Virus record (IMG/VR): IMGVR_UViG_3300027901_000001
From: a virus
Direction: 5' to 3' (one strand)
Length of the DNA: 64,000 nucleotides
How positions within the stretch are numbered: the first letter of the stretch is position 1; each line of letters starts with the position of its first letter. Below are positions 1 to 9,366 of the stretch, one piece after another. The position numbers and the translations under genes are program-made. The notes beneath the pieces were generated by a model. The model saw nothing but the letters and a program-made list of their open reading frames with translations. It did not search any database and had not been told where the DNA came from.

Positions 1-1079
1 TCAATCTGACGATTGATTCCCATAATATACCGCTGGCCGTCATCTTCCAGCGCATCCCCGACCTCTTTCCAGATCCGGATATCATCTATATAGAGATACC
101 CGCTGTTCCCGGCATCCACATGCGATGTGATCTCCCATCCGAACCAACCATCATAGGGCGACTCCACCACTCCCGTTATGTGCACCCAACCAACATCAGG
201 GCCGCTATTGGTGAATGGTCGATCGACCACCGTAAAAGAAGCGCCGGTTGAAAGACCGTCCCGAAAAGCAAATCTAATTCTTTGCGTCGTGTCGTAAGTC
301 CAATTGTCAGTTCGGACATAGAATGAATAAAGTATTCGCTGTCCTTCTCGAACCGGATAAAGCACCCCACTGATACCATCTCCTGTATGAGGAGACAGAA
401 TCGCAATCCCATCGCTACCTCCAAAGCGGAAGGAATGGGTCAGCGACCTCTTAAAATTATCACTGTTCTCAATCGTTACAGAGCCCGTTGTGAGCGCCGC
501 GAAATATGGAAAGAATCTGTCAGCGGCCTTTCCAGGAACAGGGAGGTCTACGTTGCCACCCTCAACGATCTGCCGCCAATCGCGCATCCCCGTCGACTGG
601 TCCTGCCAGGCATCCCGCCGCCGATCCAGTGTGATGTTCGCAGCCGGAATAACACCCGACGCCGGAACCTCCACCTTTCCAATAACGACAATTTTTTCAT
701 CAGCATCTATATCTACTTGCGAATAAGCACGCCATGTGGCCTCGGTATCCGCATCGGTAACATAGGAAACTTCCAGACCGATGTAGACAGTGGTACCCGG
801 AATGCCGCCCGTGTTAAGGCTGAGAGTAGTAGTACCGACCTCGCGCACGGTCACCTGGCGACCGTCGGCGTTGGCATAGGTATAAACCGAATCACCGGTC
901 ACCGGATCTGGTGCAATCTCGACAGATAAAACCGCCAATGAGGCGGTCAGATTACCGCCCCTATTGATGCCACGCGGAACCGGCCCGTGGAGCTTTCTAT
1001 TAAGTCCATCGGAAACATAGGGCTCCCGCCACCGAATAGTGGTGGCTCCTTCAGGAAGCGTTGCCAGCGGTATGGACAT
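1..1079 (-). CDS. Partial tail fibre/baseplate-associated protein (3' end runs off the window)
   Basis: Not in the ORF track. ATG at 1079 behind AGGAG; hand translation MSIPLATLPEGATTIRWREPY... stays open for 359 codons to the window edge. The distal part resembles a beta-sandwich carbohydrate-binding module. It follows the tail-collar gene. Confidence 0.65.
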   Translation of the reverse strand, partial: MSIPLATLPEGATTIRWREPYVSDGLNRKLHGPVPRGINRGGNLTASLAVLSVEIAPDPVTGDSVYTYANADGRQVTVREVGTTTLSLNTGGIPGTTVYIGLEVSYVTDADTEATWRAYSQVDIDADEKIVVIGKVEVPASGVIPAANITLDRRRDAWQDQSTGMRDWRQIVEGGNVDLPVPGKAADRFFPYFAALTTGSVTIENSDNFKRSLTHSFRFGGSDGIAILSPHTGDGISGVLYPVREGQRILYSFYVRTDNWTYDTTQRIRFAFRDGLSTGASFTVVDRPFTNSGPDVGWVHITGVVESPYDGWFGWEITSHVDAGNSGYLYIDDIRIWKEVGDALEDDGQRYIMGINRQI

Positions 1080-1088
1080 CCTGGTCTC

Positions 1089-1796
1089 CTAAAAAATCAA
1101 CTCGATAAGATGATTGAATTGTATGCCCGTCTGCTCCTCCATCGGAAATGTCATGTAAGCCAACATGACACCGTTCGCGTCAAATACCCCCAGCTCAAAG
1201 AATCGGGGCGGGTTTCCCTGCTGGTCTGACAGCGCCTCGCTCGCAAGCACTATCGCCAGAATCTCGACGATGGCCGGGACCGCCGACGTATACAGCACAT
1301 CTCCAGCCGTCAAATCCTTCCGAAAAGTAAAAAGCGGTTCGTCTGCCTTCCTGACCGCCCGGCCCAAAGTAGTTGGGCCGACATAGTTCCCTGTAAGGGT
1401 GATGTGGGTATCATCTAGCACGTCAAACACCTCACCCCACCCGTCTATTTCGGAGCCCGGCACCCCGGCAGAGTAGGGATCCGCGCTGGGCGTCGGCCCC
1501 GGCTTGATCCACTGCCCCGGTGCCACATCAGCCAGAAATGAAGTCCCCACGCCGACCACGTTCGGGCTGCCGTTGGTGAAATCCGCAACGCCTCCACCGG
1601 CCAGCTCCTCACCCTCCGATTGAAGATCCAAGAAGGTGGGGTCAGGGGGGATAGGCTCCGGCGGCAAACCAGTATATGCCCCCTCGCCAATCTTGAAGCG
1701 CGTGATATCGGCCTTGGTATCAGCCGTGTCCCGCGCATAGACCCGCGCCAGAACCGCCTCCCAGCCTTCCTGTAATGTACCATCGGGTACCGCCAC
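1089..1796 (-). CDS. Tail-collar/tail fibre N-terminal-type protein
   Basis: C-terminal FFELGVFDANGVMLAYMTFP resembles the P2 gpH N-terminal (tail-collar) motif; lies directly downstream of the gpI-like gene. Confidence 0.55.
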   Translation of the reverse strand: MAVPDGTLQEGWEAVLARVYARDTADTKADITRFKIGEGAYTGLPPEPIPPDPTFLDLQSEGEELAGGGVADFTNGSPNVVGVGTSFLADVAPGQWIKPGPTPSADPYSAGVPGSEIDGWGEVFDVLDDTHITLTGNYVGPTTLGRAVRKADEPLFTFRKDLTAGDVLYTSAVPAIVEILAIVLASEALSDQQGNPPRFFELGVFDANGVMLAYMTFPMEEQTGIQFNHLIELIF

Positions 1797-1812
1797 TCTC
1801 CTTCTCCTCCTC

Positions 1813-3471
1813 CTATGGCGGCGTGCTCACCTGCACCGTCGGATTCAATGGCAATTGAACGGGGCCAACCACGTGAACTATCTCTGCTGTTCTAACATGG
1901 GCGGGCACCGCCTTATTAATTTTCCGTGTCAACCGGCCCATCGCATCATCCATAAGAGCATCCGGTTCATCCAGGACTTCAGCCGCTACGACATCTATCT
2001 TCAACAAGCTGGCTCGGCAGTAGTCGCAGCTCATCAGCAGGTGACACTCGTAATCGATGCTAACCTCGGTTCCGAAAACGGGAAAATCTCCCGCGAAAAT
2101 CTCGAATTCCCACTCACCCGCCGCCACCTCCACTGGCTGCGCTTCCAAATAAAACGCTCCTTCCATCGTCGAAAAATTGGCGTACCAGTAACCGATTGCC
2201 GCTATCGGCCACAGATCCACACCAGGACCTACACGAAGTCTCCAGCGCCCACTTCCAAGATCCGTTGAACTGATGATAGGCAGGTTCTCCAACACGAAAC
2301 CGATGGCCTCTTCCACGCTCATGCCATCCGGCGGTGACGGCACCGGAGGGGTAATCGCCTCGCTCGTCCAGTTCGGCGTTTCCCGGCAGGCATAATCTAA
2401 AGGAATGACATCGGCCGCAATTTCATCGAAGCGCGGAATAAGGGGATCCACCGTTGTGTAGTACTTTCCGCTGCCAGAAGGAATCTCGAACACCTCATCC
2501 GGCGACAGCCAGGACGGAACCGAGCTGATACGCCACAGGCCGTGGGCCACCACTCGGTACCCGGAAATCTTGCCGATGATGTCGTAGCCCCTCTGCGCGC
2601 CCTTCCTGATCAGCCACTGTTTGCCGTTCCGGACCGTGCTGCGCTGGAAGCTCTCCGGCTCATGCTGGTCCACCTCCAGGCCGAAATCCTCTCCCAGGTA
2701 GGGCAGCAGCGCCGGAGGATGGAGCACCGCCGGACCATCTGAGGCCGTCATCACCACCGCCAGGCCGGATACCTGGTCTGCCCCCTCCCAGGGCTCGGTC
2801 AGTACGATGGTGGTGTCATCCACCACTGTCTCCACTTTCCCTACATACTGACCGCCAGTGCTCCGGGCGAGATACTGTCCTGGAGATACCCTTTTGGATA
2901 CGTCCGGATCCGTCAAAAAGAGCGTTCCCGAGCCCGTAACGGTCGCTGAGCCCGCCGTAAAGCTGACCAGGCCCGTTAGCTGGGTGCCCTGGCTGAAGGC
3001 CGTCACGGGCAGCTCAGCCACGCCTGTTAGCTCAACCATCGGCCCGGCGCTCCAGAGCTTGTGCACCGAGTTGACGGTGTATTCACGACCCGCCTCGTCC
3101 TCCAGAATCCAGCCGATGGAGGTACCTTCCAGGGGATTGAATGGGTCGTCAGGATCCGTTTTTTCCAGCAGGGCCTCGATGGTGCGGCCACCCGCCGTCG
3201 AGTACGCTATCAGCAGGTTAACGTTGAGCCGCTCCTGGTATTGGCTCCTCACCAGGTCCGGGTCGCGCAGCGAACCGAAGTCCCGAACCTTCTGCAACAG
3301 CTCATCAAAGGACGGCCGGATGGTGTCGACGAAAGTCTCCAGACGATTGTCGGCCACATCCTGGTCGAGCCGCCGGTCCAGCTCCGGCAGGTCCTTGAAC
3401 AGCACCTGCTTCGACCAGTTGTATGAGCCGAAGGGGCCTGTTCCGAATGGCCATGAACCGAATCCCGGCAT
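1813..3471 (-). CDS. Baseplate wedge protein, P2 gpI / T4 gp7-like
   Basis: LLPYLGEDFGLEVD...QRSTVRNGKQWLIRKGAQRGYDIIGKISGY matches the gpI pattern (LPWLA..f.vd...R..i......KGT..ai......GY). Confidence 0.6.
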   Translation of the reverse strand: MPGFGSWPFGTGPFGSYNWSKQVLFKDLPELDRRLDQDVADNRLETFVDTIRPSFDELLQKVRDFGSLRDPDLVRSQYQERLNVNLLIAYSTAGGRTIEALLEKTDPDDPFNPLEGTSIGWILEDEAGREYTVNSVHKLWSAGPMVELTGVAELPVTAFSQGTQLTGLVSFTAGSATVTGSGTLFLTDPDVSKRVSPGQYLARSTGGQYVGKVETVVDDTTIVLTEPWEGADQVSGLAVVMTASDGPAVLHPPALLPYLGEDFGLEVDQHEPESFQRSTVRNGKQWLIRKGAQRGYDIIGKISGYRVVAHGLWRISSVPSWLSPDEVFEIPSGSGKYYTTVDPLIPRFDEIAADVIPLDYACRETPNWTSEAITPPVPSPPDGMSVEEAIGFVLENLPIISSTDLGSGRWRLRVGPGVDLWPIAAIGYWYANFSTMEGAFYLEAQPVEVAAGEWEFEIFAGDFPVFGTEVSIDYECHLLMSCDYCRASLLKIDVVAAEVLDEPDALMDDAMGRLTRKINKAVPAHVRTAEIVHVVGPVQLPLNPTVQVSTPP

Positions 3472-3483
3472 TGCTCCTCTACG

Positions 3484-3966
3484 TTAAGCGGACCTCCACT
3501 TTGCGTCCGTGTCATCGTAGTAAATGTCTTGAGCATCCCCCGGTTGAAGAACGATATCCCCCGCACCACCAAGAAGCAGAAATCGATTGGCGGTCAGCGA
3601 ACCGACATCCTGGTCTTTCAGGGTAATGTTAAAGGATCCCACGTTGATGAGCGTCTTTCGTTTGCCGGATGCCGGAAGATCAGTGGAGTTAATCCCCGTT
3701 ATGTCCCACGCCGCATCCGAGTACATCCGGACAACCGTTGCCACCAGAATATCGTCGGGATCCCAGTTGTCCTGGTCGGCTGTGATTTCCGGAGTGGTGA
3801 TTTCCATCGGCGCGCCGAACAACACAAAAGCCTGAATGGGATCACCGGTGATTAGAGTCAGAGCGTCCGCGTTCTCCGAATCCATGATGATCGCCCAGTG
3901 ATTCGGGCCGGGCGCTTCCGCCTGCGACAGCGGGAGTTTCACTATGTCGAGTTGCCCGTTAGACAT
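3484..3966 (-). CDS. Virion-type hypothetical protein with one copy of the ~100-aa island domain
   Basis: ITGIN...RKTLINVGSFNITL...NRF...IVLQPGD...YYDDTDAKWR motif shared with the genes at 7207 and 9805. Confidence 0.6.
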   Translation of the reverse strand: MSNGQLDIVKLPLSQAEAPGPNHWAIIMDSENADALTLITGDPIQAFVLFGAPMEITTPEITADQDNWDPDDILVATVVRMYSDAAWDITGINSTDLPASGKRKTLINVGSFNITLKDQDVGSLTANRFLLLGGAGDIVLQPGDAQDIYYDDTDAKWRSA

Positions 3967-3986
3967 TTACCTCTCCTTCGTATTCT

Positions 3987-4529
3987 CTAGGTGTAACTAC
4001 CCATCCAGGTGGACAGGTCCACCTCCCCATACAGAAACTCATAGAATTCGGTGATCGCCTGCGCCTTGGTTTTTTCTTCCGATGACATCTTGTACCGCAC
4101 CAGCCCATCAACGGCCCGCATCATCCATTCCGGGGCTTCGGTTTTCAACATCTTGGCCGCTGTGAACAAGGCGGAATACAACGCCTTAGATGGATCTGCT
4201 GGAGACGGCGGAGAACCAATCCCGCTTTTCGGCCCGGCCCAGCCCATGAGATCACGCAGTTCCTGAACGGTCATGCTCGTATTAAAGGCGAGCATTTTGG
4301 TCTTCAGCTCAGAGTCTTCCAGGGTAGCGGCGACATTGTGGATGGCCGTCACCAGCACGTTCTTGGCCACAGGCAGATTGGTATAGGCCAGCACCACGCA
4401 CCACATCCCTGGGTTCGGTGTCGCCTGGTAAATGTCCGCCGCTGGCTTATCGATCAACGAACTGACATCTCCCACGCACCACCTCTTGGTGCTGTTCAGG
4501 GTCCCCAAAAATTCTATCAGGTCGGCCAT
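3987..4529 (-). CDS. Island paralog family member D (helical, 180 aa, unknown function)
   Basis: WCVVLAYTNL, ELKTKM and terminal WMGSYT shared with the ORFs at 5767, 6440 and 10572. Confidence 0.8.
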   Translation of the reverse strand: MADLIEFLGTLNSTKRWCVGDVSSLIDKPAADIYQATPNPGMWCVVLAYTNLPVAKNVLVTAIHNVAATLEDSELKTKMLAFNTSMTVQELRDLMGWAGPKSGIGSPPSPADPSKALYSALFTAAKMLKTEAPEWMMRAVDGLVRYKMSSEEKTKAQAITEFYEFLYGEVDLSTWMGSYT

Positions 4530-4548
4530 AAAAACCTTTCACTTACGG

Positions 4549-5757
4549 CTATGGTGGCAGCTCTGGCCCAGTTGGGTATTCCTCATGGGGCGTCCATTCT
4601 AAGTCCGCAGGGTTGATCGGAACACGTGGGGTAAATGCTATCAGATAACAAGGCACGCCTTCGTCCTCTCCCGGTTCCACTTCTAAATAATAGTTGCCCT
4701 TGAACAGGCACATGCCTTTCGAATATCCCTTGAACGAAGGAAACGGGACGTGCTCGAAGTTATCAGGGCCATCCGCGCCCATCCGGCCGATTTGCATTTC
4801 CATTCCCGGAAGCAGAACGAGAACCGCTCCTCCCACAAGAAACAGCGCGCTCCTATTTATCACATCCCACACAGCGTAGGGTTCCGAGTGTTGCTCCCAG
4901 ATAAACGGCGACATAAGCCGATCGTTGATCAGCTCCCACGTTGCGCCGTCGGTAGATTGGATAAACCGTATGGTCCACGGAGGGTCCCATTCCGCCATCC
5001 CTTGCGCATACTCGGAAGACAGAGCCACGAATCGACCGTCGCCAGTAACTTCCAACTCTGTAAGCCCCTGCGATGCCCCTTGTGGCTGCATTCCGGGAGG
5101 CGTAACGTTTGTCCACGTCAAACCATGATCGTCGGAGTACTGAATAACATCGCGGGACCCTAAACCCTCACCATATTCCCCATAAGCCGCGCCGACAGCC
5201 ACCATCCGACCACCGTAAGAATCGATATTCCAAATAATGACCTCTTCCGTTTCCCCCGGAGGCACAGAGGCCCCATTGATCGCGGTCCAGTCGGTAACAT
5301 CAGCAGGCAACGCACGCTGAAACATCGGCAATGAAGATGGTGGCGCACCCGCACTTTCTCCTGACACGATGAACGCCGTACCGTCGAAATGGACGCACAT
5401 GAAATCGTCCACAAGACCCAGGCTCTCGTCATAATCCTGTTCTTCGATGTTCCAGTTGTAGTACGCATCGGGTCCTTCCGAGGTAAGTATATGCGAGTCA
5501 GTTCCCGAAAAAACGTATTTGCCGTCTCCATAGGCCACGTCGGTTATCTTGTAATAAAGCTCATAGATCGGGATAAAGGTGACGCCGTCCAAAGAGACAA
5601 ACAAGAGCGATTCGTCTTGCATGAACATATACCCGTTGGCCTCTATGGGCCTTCCAGGGTTGGTCCACCAATCATATACGCCAAACGTCAGCTTCGTATA
5701 GGACGAAAACCTGTCCTTCAAGACAGGATATGAAGCCCTCAAACTCGACATTTTCAA
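4549..5757 (-). CDS. BNR/Asp-box beta-propeller protein, possible receptor-binding protein or glycosidase
   Basis: Asp-box-like repeats FVSLDGVTF, IQYSDDHGLTWT and FIQSTDGATWE; acidic and aromatic-rich. Confidence 0.6.
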   Translation of the reverse strand: MKMSSLRASYPVLKDRFSSYTKLTFGVYDWWTNPGRPIEANGYMFMQDESLLFVSLDGVTFIPIYELYYKITDVAYGDGKYVFSGTDSHILTSEGPDAYYNWNIEEQDYDESLGLVDDFMCVHFDGTAFIVSGESAGAPPSSLPMFQRALPADVTDWTAINGASVPPGETEEVIIWNIDSYGGRMVAVGAAYGEYGEGLGSRDVIQYSDDHGLTWTNVTPPGMQPQGASQGLTELEVTGDGRFVALSSEYAQGMAEWDPPWTIRFIQSTDGATWELINDRLMSPFIWEQHSEPYAVWDVINRSALFLVGGAVLVLLPGMEMQIGRMGADGPDNFEHVPFPSFKGYSKGMCLFKGNYYLEVEPGEDEGVPCYLIAFTPRVPINPADLEWTPHEEYPTGPELPP

Positions 5758-5766
5758 AACCTCCGA

Positions 5767-6282
5767 TCAGGTGTAAGACCCGCGCCACTCTTCGAGTGAA
5801 ACCTGCGAACGATGAAAGTCAGCCGCCGTCTGCGCCGCCTCTACGATGGTTACACCTTTGGCTCTTTCATGTTGTAAAAAATAAGAGGCTGGCGCTTTGA
5901 TGTAGGGCCTTTGCTCATACCGTAAGAACTTGGCCGCCGAATAAAGCAACCTGTGTTCCGTCGGCAGCGCACCATTGCGCAGCGCTCCGGCCCATGCGAT
6001 CAAATCCTCGTACTCCTGGTCCGACATCGATGCGGTGACCGTGAGCATTTTGGTTTTCAGCTCGCCATCGTCGAGATCAGCCGCAACGTGTTGAACGACA
6101 GCGGCGATCAGATCCCGTGCCTTCGGCAGGTTCATGTAGGCCAATCCCTGACACCAGATATCCGGACGACGGCTGCTGTTGTACATCTCGGACGATTCGT
6201 CCTTGAGCAGCTTTTTCGCTGGACCGCACCATGTCCGGTTCTCATTGAACAACTCCAAAAAGTTTTCCTTCACCGTGGTCAT
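5767..6282 (-). CDS. Island paralog family member C (171 aa)
   Basis: WCQGLAYMNL, ELKTKM, LLYSAAKFL, terminal EEWRGSYT. Confidence 0.8.
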   Translation of the reverse strand: MTTVKENFLELFNENRTWCGPAKKLLKDESSEMYNSSRRPDIWCQGLAYMNLPKARDLIAAVVQHVAADLDDGELKTKMLTVTASMSDQEYEDLIAWAGALRNGALPTEHRLLYSAAKFLRYEQRPYIKAPASYFLQHERAKGVTIVEAAQTAADFHRSQVSLEEWRGSYT

Positions 6283-6308
6283 GCGCTTCTCCTTACAAAC
6301 GTATAACT

Positions 6309-6420
6309 CTAGGTATAAGTTCCACCCGCGCTAAACTGATCAAAGGTTACCTGACTTACAAACCAGGCTTTCAACCCACTCTTCTAACTGCGTAGTAAAA
6401 TACTCCTTCACCGTAGGCAT
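6309..6420 (-). pseudogene. Collapsed, frameshifted remnant of the island paralog family
   Basis: GGAGG RBS then MPTVKEYF (compare MPTIKQFL, MTTVKENF). Another frame ends SQVTFDQFSAGGTYT* (compare SQVSLEEWRGSYT*). Length 112 nt, not a multiple of 3. Confidence 0.6.
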
Positions 6421-6439
6421 AAAACCCTCCTAATACAAA

Positions 6440-6964
6440 TCAGGTATAGGATCCCCTCCACTCCTCCAATGTCACTTCCGAACGCAGAAATGTATAAAAG
6501 GTCTCCCTCGCCTGCGAAAGCCTCACTGTACTCTTCTCCCTTTCATAATCGATAAGATAGATTACCGGAGCCTTGATCTTGTCCTGGGCTTCCGTTTTCA
6601 AAAAAATGGCGGCCGAGTACAACGCCGAATGCAATTTCGGAAACGATACTCCACGGCGCAAGGGCTTTGCCCATGCGATGAGGGCATCATATTCCTCCGC
6701 CGTCAGCGAAACGGTCAGCGACTCCAGCTTGGTTCTCAGATCACCAGGATCAAGATCGGCCGCCGCGTTATGGATAGCCTGAACGATGACGGCTTTGGCC
6801 TTCGTCAAATTGGTATAAGCCAGCACCTGACACCAAAAATCCGGCCGATTTGTACCATTGTAGGTGTCCGCCGAATCTTCTTTTACGAGTTTCTGGGCGA
6901 ACGCACACCACGCCCCTGCCTTCTGCTCAAATAGTCCGTCCAAAAACTGTTTTATCGTAGGCAC
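6440..6964 (-). CDS. Island paralog family member B (174 aa)
   Basis: WCQVLAYTNL, HSALYSAAIFLKTE, terminal EEWRGSYT; AGGAG RBS. Confidence 0.8.
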   Translation of the reverse strand: MPTIKQFLDGLFEQKAGAWCAFAQKLVKEDSADTYNGTNRPDFWCQVLAYTNLTKAKAVIVQAIHNAAADLDPGDLRTKLESLTVSLTAEEYDALIAWAKPLRRGVSFPKLHSALYSAAIFLKTEAQDKIKAPVIYLIDYEREKSTVRLSQARETFYTFLRSEVTLEEWRGSYT

Positions 6965-6976
6965 AAAAGTCTCCTA

Positions 6977-7195
6977 CTAGGCGTCTTCTACCGCCACTGT
7001 AAGATCGTCGATCGACGTGGCGGAAGAGAGAATAAGCTCGCCCTCGATCATTCCGCCCGTTCCCTCCGAACGAGTAGTCACATGAAAAGATATTACCTTA
7101 CCCCCGGACACATCTGTCGCAAGATTATTCAACCACGTTTGCAACGCGGCTGCGTCAGCATAGGAAACGCTAACAGGTACCTTTGATTGCGCCAT
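6977..7195 (-). CDS. Small hypothetical protein
   Basis: 72-aa ORF with GGAG RBS, filling the gap between its neighbours. Confidence 0.6.
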   Translation of the reverse strand: MAQSKVPVSVSYADAAALQTWLNNLATDVSGGKVISFHVTTRSEGTGGMIEGELILSSATSIDDLTVAVEDA

Positions 7196-7206
7196 TGGAT
7201 TTCTCC

Positions 7207-8391
7207 TTACTTGTGGTATTCAACCTCAAGAATCACCGATAAATCTGTTACAACACCACCGGTGTCTACTTGATCAACGTCTACCGTTACCATTTCGCCC
7301 TGAGAAAAATCCCCCGCTTCGATAGCAGGTGCCGTATCCTTACCGTCTGCATCGTCATAGGGGATAGTCGGCCTGTTCGACTGAGTTGTAAAAATGGTTG
7401 TGCCCTCGATATTCACGTCCACTATCGTACTGCCGCCAGTGCCCGTAGTGCCCTTTCTGTAAGCAGTAGCCCTGATAATCCTTCCGTTGAACGGGGCCTC
7501 CCACGCACCGCCTTGCTCGCCACCCGAGGAAACCGTCCCCGCGATGAAAACCCGTACCGTGTTCGTGCGCCGACTGCCTAGTTTCCACGCACGCCATTTC
7601 ATCACGGTGCCCCGGCTGTCGTATATCAGTAGGACGCCATCGTCCTTTCGCAGCACTATTGTTTCTTGTGTATCCGTGAGAACCCTCTCATTTGCGGTGG
7701 CGCTTCCTGAGTTATGGGCGATACTCACACTATATGTATCGCTCGTGTTGAATAGAAATCTTATTGGTTTGACAGGGCTGGAGATGCCACTAAATACAAA
7801 AGAACTAACTATTCCGTTTATGAGCACATCTACCGACGGGGCAAGGCTCACAAAATCAGCCGACCCGCCCCAGCCGCCGCTGTAGGGAGAGGGAGGCCAA
7901 GAGTTATAGGTTGCCGTATCTACCGGGAGCCAGGGATAAGCGGGCGCATTCAGGTTCAAACTCTGCGCGACAAACCATCTATCATCGGTTGTATCGTATA
8001 TTATTTTGCATCCCTGCTTCGGGCCTAAGAACAAAGTGGTGTCATTCGGGCACTTGAGCCTGTTACTTGAAACAGTGTCGCTGTCGTGCAATAGCGCAAC
8101 GAAAGCGCTGCCCACGTTTATGATGGTCTTTTCACGCACGAAATCATCGGAACCAGCGTAATTTTGGAATCCGCGAATCATGGTTCCGGCGGATCCGGGG
8201 AAAAGAAGTAAAGTATGGCACTTCCGCCACTGGCTAGAAGATCCGGGTGCATAACTATTGTAAACACCTCCGCCGCTAGGATAAACGTATAAAAGGCCAG
8301 TCTGCGCTCGTATTAGGTGCTCAGCGTAAGGCGCGGCCAATATCTTGGCCCGTTCAGTTACAGGGTCAAAACTCTTTATCTGATCGGTCAT
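7207..8391 (-). CDS. Fibre/decoration-like protein: two island domains plus C-terminal jelly-roll-like domain
   Basis: Two copies of the ...N.G...H....NR...L...IYD...W domain; C-terminal WEAPFNGRII...GDFSQGEMVTVDV resembles domains at 28754-29896. Confidence 0.55.
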   Translation of the reverse strand: MTDQIKSFDPVTERAKILAAPYAEHLIRAQTGLLYVYPSGGGVYNSYAPGSSSQWRKCHTLLLFPGSAGTMIRGFQNYAGSDDFVREKTIINVGSAFVALLHDSDTVSSNRLKCPNDTTLFLGPKQGCKIIYDTTDDRWFVAQSLNLNAPAYPWLPVDTATYNSWPPSPYSGGWGGSADFVSLAPSVDVLINGIVSSFVFSGISSPVKPIRFLFNTSDTYSVSIAHNSGSATANERVLTDTQETIVLRKDDGVLLIYDSRGTVMKWRAWKLGSRRTNTVRVFIAGTVSSGGEQGGAWEAPFNGRIIRATAYRKGTTGTGGSTIVDVNIEGTTIFTTQSNRPTIPYDDADGKDTAPAIEAGDFSQGEMVTVDVDQVDTGGVVTDLSVILEVEYHK

Positions 8392-8426
8392 TAGATAACC
8401 CCAGAAGCTCGACTATCTTGCCAGCT

Positions 8427-9356
8427 TTAGTTGTTCCCGTGTCTATACTTCGCACCATAACGTTTCCTTATCAGATGCAGATATTTGGCATCGTTGGAAC
8501 AGTCGTTGACCAGAATATCCAGCCCATTACGCACAACGTACTCGATAATATCTACCGTGATAAACCTACTTTCGGTAGGACTGACCAGCCACGACTTGTA
8601 GACATAAGCCTCCTTTCCTACAACGTATCCTTCGGTTCCCTGGTGATGAATCATCAACTCGGCCAGGTTGAGCTGCGCCACCCCGCAATCTATAAGGATT
8701 TGCAGTTTCCCATCGTCCAACAGCCTCTTTCTAACCTGTGGAATAGACGGAATTTCAACGGTAACCTTGCCAATAATGTCCTTCACCAGAATGAGTTTCT
8801 CTAATACCTCATCACTGAAATCCGTGGCAGCCAGGTTGACCCGCAGCTCATCAAGCCCGGCGTCTTTGAGCTTCGCCAAGATATCCGAATCGACCAGCTT
8901 ACCATTAGTATAGGCCCAGAGATAAATAGCGGGAGCCGTTTTAGAGAAAAGAGTCAATATGGAAATAACCTTGTCTCGCTCCAGCAGAAACTCTCCTCCA
9001 GAAAAAGACACCCCCGTAATTTTCGGATTCTCAGCCATGATGTCCGACACGACCTGGACGGCGGATCGCGTATTAATATAAAGGTGCTCGTCATGGTCTT
9101 TTTTCGGGGGCTTTCTTGCACAGAAATCACAAGTTAGATTGCACCATCCTGTAGTAGGCAGGCAAATCCAGGTACCGGCCTTGCAAGCCCGACACCCTTC
9201 TGACAGTCCGTGACTTGAATTTGTATATATAGTGCGCCCTTCATCCTCGACACAGAGACCGCCATTTAGCAGAGCATACCTGTTACGGATTTGCTCCACG
9301 AACGTATCGCCATCAACGATATCCTGTGTGCCCATTCTATCCAACACCTGCATCAC
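8427..9356 (-). CDS. Radical SAM enzyme (COG2108-like, PFL-activase-related)
   Basis: CNLTCDFC (CxxxCxxC), GVSFSGGE, YTNG, upstream LSEGCRAC and late CSNDAK. Start reassigned to GTG 9356/ATG 9353 behind TAGGAG. Confidence 0.85.
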   Translation of the reverse strand: MMQVLDRMGTQDIVDGDTFVEQIRNRYALLNGGLCVEDEGRTIYTNSSHGLSEGCRACKAGTWICLPTTGWCNLTCDFCARKPPKKDHDEHLYINTRSAVQVVSDIMAENPKITGVSFSGGEFLLERDKVISILTLFSKTAPAIYLWAYTNGKLVDSDILAKLKDAGLDELRVNLAATDFSDEVLEKLILVKDIIGKVTVEIPSIPQVRKRLLDDGKLQILIDCGVAQLNLAELMIHHQGTEGYVVGKEAYVYKSWLVSPTESRFITVDIIEYVVRNGLDILVNDCSNDAKYLHLIRKRYGAKYRHGNN

Positions 9357-9366
9357 AAATCGGCTC

